Source: Candidatus Eiseniibacteriota bacterium
GTDB taxonomy: Bacteria > Eisenbacteria > RBG-16-71-46 > CAIMUX01 > VGJL01
Direction: 5' to 3'
Assembly: GCA_963792585.1 (NCBI GenBank)
Contig: CAWBWI010000003.1
Span: forward strand, 448,001 to 512,000
Length of the DNA: 64,000 nt
Shown piece after piece: positions 62,601-64,000 of the stretch (its first letter is position 1; each line of letters starts with the position of its first letter). The notes below the pieces were generated by a model, which was given only the letters and a program-made list of their open reading frames with translations, did not search any database and was not told where the DNA came from. The position numbers and the translations under genes are program-made.

Positions 62601-62826
62601 GCCGACGCCTCACGGTGCCTTGTCCTACGCGCTCCGCGCCGAAAACGGCGCGACGGTCCTCCGCGTGGAGGATGGACTGACAATCCCGCGCGGGGGCGTC
62701 GTCCTCCAACTGCCGACTTCCGGCCCGATCACGCAAGCCACCGTCAACGGAGGCGCGGTCCCGATCGGACCGTCGGGTGAGGTGGTGTTGCGGAATCTGC
62801 CCGCCGACGTCGTACTTCGTCCGTGA
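59628..62826 (+). CDS. Large secreted putative glycoside hydrolase: CBM-like + discoidin (F5/8C) + (alpha/alpha)6-barrel; frameshifted
   Basis: Signal peptide; IDDF...LEFKLID; ATATS...AVDGDSTTAW. C-terminal QPGSRSYERSWIRDG, EHDSSGE, SISHEGY, HSYWDD, QWAEV, GDLPHTW. Confidence 0.7.
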
Positions 62827-62839
62827 ACTTGCGGGATGG

Positions 62840-64000
62840 CTAAGAGAGCCGGGGGGATGCCGGGTCGTTCAAGGCCGTCCCGTGCGTCCGAATGACATCC
62901 CTGTAGAAGAGGGCGCTCGCCTTGAGCGTTCGGGCCTGTGTCTCCGGGTCGACCGCCACGATGCCGAAGTGCTTCGAATACCCGCTGCTCCACTCGTAGT
63001 TGTCGAGCAGGGACCAGACGAAGTAGCCCCGCAGGTCGACACCGTCCCGCATCGCCGCATAGGCTTCCCGGATGTGATGGCGGAGGTAATCGATTCGCAG
63101 GGGATCGACAATCGGGCCCCCGGTTGCAGGCGGAGGATCCGCGAATGCGGCGCCGTTCTCCGTAATGTACAAGGGTATCGGGCCGTACCGTTCCCGGATC
63201 CAGCGGAGGGTGCGTCCGAGACTTTCGGGGTGGACTTCCCATCCGGTCTCCATGTAGCGCCGGTCCTCCGGAAAGATCTTCGCCGCGCGCGGCGGCGGTC
63301 CGGCGGGATCGTTCTGCATGATTCCGCGCGTATAGTAATTGACGCCGAGAAAGTCGATTGGCTCGCGAATTTTCCGGAGGTCCTCCTGCGAGAAATCAGG
63401 CCAGGCCTCTCCGTAGATCTCGGGCATTCTCTCGGGGTATCGGCCCAGGAATACGGGATCGAGGTACTGGCGGTTCATGTACTGGTCCGCCCGCTCGCAG
63501 GCGTCGATATCCTCGGGCGCATCGGACGCAGGGAGCTTCGGTTCGATGTTGACGACCAGACCGACCCGGACATCGGCCACGCTCCGGCATGCGCGCACCG
63601 CGGCGGCGTGGGCGAGGAGCAGATGGTGGGTCGCGTGCGGGGCCTCGAAGACATTCGCGCGTCCCGGCGCGTGGACGCCGTGAAGGTAGCCCGCATCGAC
63701 CACGACCCACGGCTCGTTCAGCGTCGTCCAGAGCAAGACGCGGTCGCCGAGCGCCCGGACGGCGATCCGCGCATACTCCGCGAACCAATCCGCGATCGCC
63801 GGATTCAGCCAGCCGCCTGCATCGTCGATGGCCGCGGGCAGATCCCAGTGATAGAGGGTCGGCACCGGCTGGATCCCGTTCGCCAGAAGCAGATCGACCA
63901 GCCGGGCGTAGAAATCGAGTCCTTTGGAATTCACGGCGCCCCGTCCCTCGGGCAGGATCCGTCCCCACGCGAGACTGAAGCGATAGGCGTTCAAGCCGAG
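62840..64000 (-). CDS. GH1 beta-glucosidase (5' end outside the window)
   Basis: YRFSLAW.RI, TLYHWDLP, acid/base NEP, nucleophile YITENG, WSLLDNYEW. Confidence 0.95.
   Translation of the reverse strand, partial: LGLNAYRFSLAWGRILPEGRGAVNSKGLDFYARLVDLLLANGIQPVPTLYHWDLPAAIDDAGGWLNPAIADWFAEYARIAVRALGDRVLLWTTLNEPWVVVDAGYLHGVHAPGRANVFEAPHATHHLLLAHAAAVRACRSVADVRVGLVVNIEPKLPASDAPEDIDACERADQYMNRQYLDPVFLGRYPERMPEIYGEAWPDFSQEDLRKIREPIDFLGVNYYTRGIMQNDPAGPPPRAAKIFPEDRRYMETGWEVHPESLGRTLRWIRERYGPIPLYITENGAAFADPPPATGGPIVDPLRIDYLRHHIREAYAAMRDGVDLRGYFVWSLLDNYEWSSGYSKHFGIVAVDPETQARTLKASALFYRDVIRTHGTALNDPASPRLS

Overview
This is a GC-rich bacterial window with about 49 genes and no rRNA, tRNA, CRISPR array, transposase or integrase that I can recognise. 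It has many secreted proteins with FlgD-Ig/T9SS-like C-terminal domains or a 'TTWGxxKxxYR' tail. That content suggests an FCB-related candidate phylum such as Eisenbacteria, Latescibacteria or Krumholzibacteria; this is inference only. The left 42 kb holds secreted and periplasmic peptidases, pepT-yciH-GATase-DinB-ECF/anti-sigma genes, a Maf/squalene synthase/SDR operon, P5C dehydrogenase, pckG, ddl, a LytS/LytTR pair and TerC. The right 22 kb is a LacI-linked carbohydrate locus, probably for beta-1,2-glucan. It carries two GH144 enzymes, a tandem CBM9-like protein, an ABC transporter, a large discoidin/(alpha/alpha)6 protein and a GH1. The strongest candidate novelties are three. (1) A secreted beta-propeller protein with an in-frame TGA in a C-x-x-U motif followed by a SECIS-like hairpin (3671-5308). 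(2) A SusD-less uptake module: TonB-dependent receptor + giant CTD protein + dedicated PorV-like barrel (44124-51167). (3) A short shared C-terminal signature on two unrelated secreted proteins. Blocks at about 25.1-29.6 kb, 42-50.3 kb and 57.5-61.5 kb carry many frameshifts that look like sequencing or assembly errors, so gene boundaries there are approximate.
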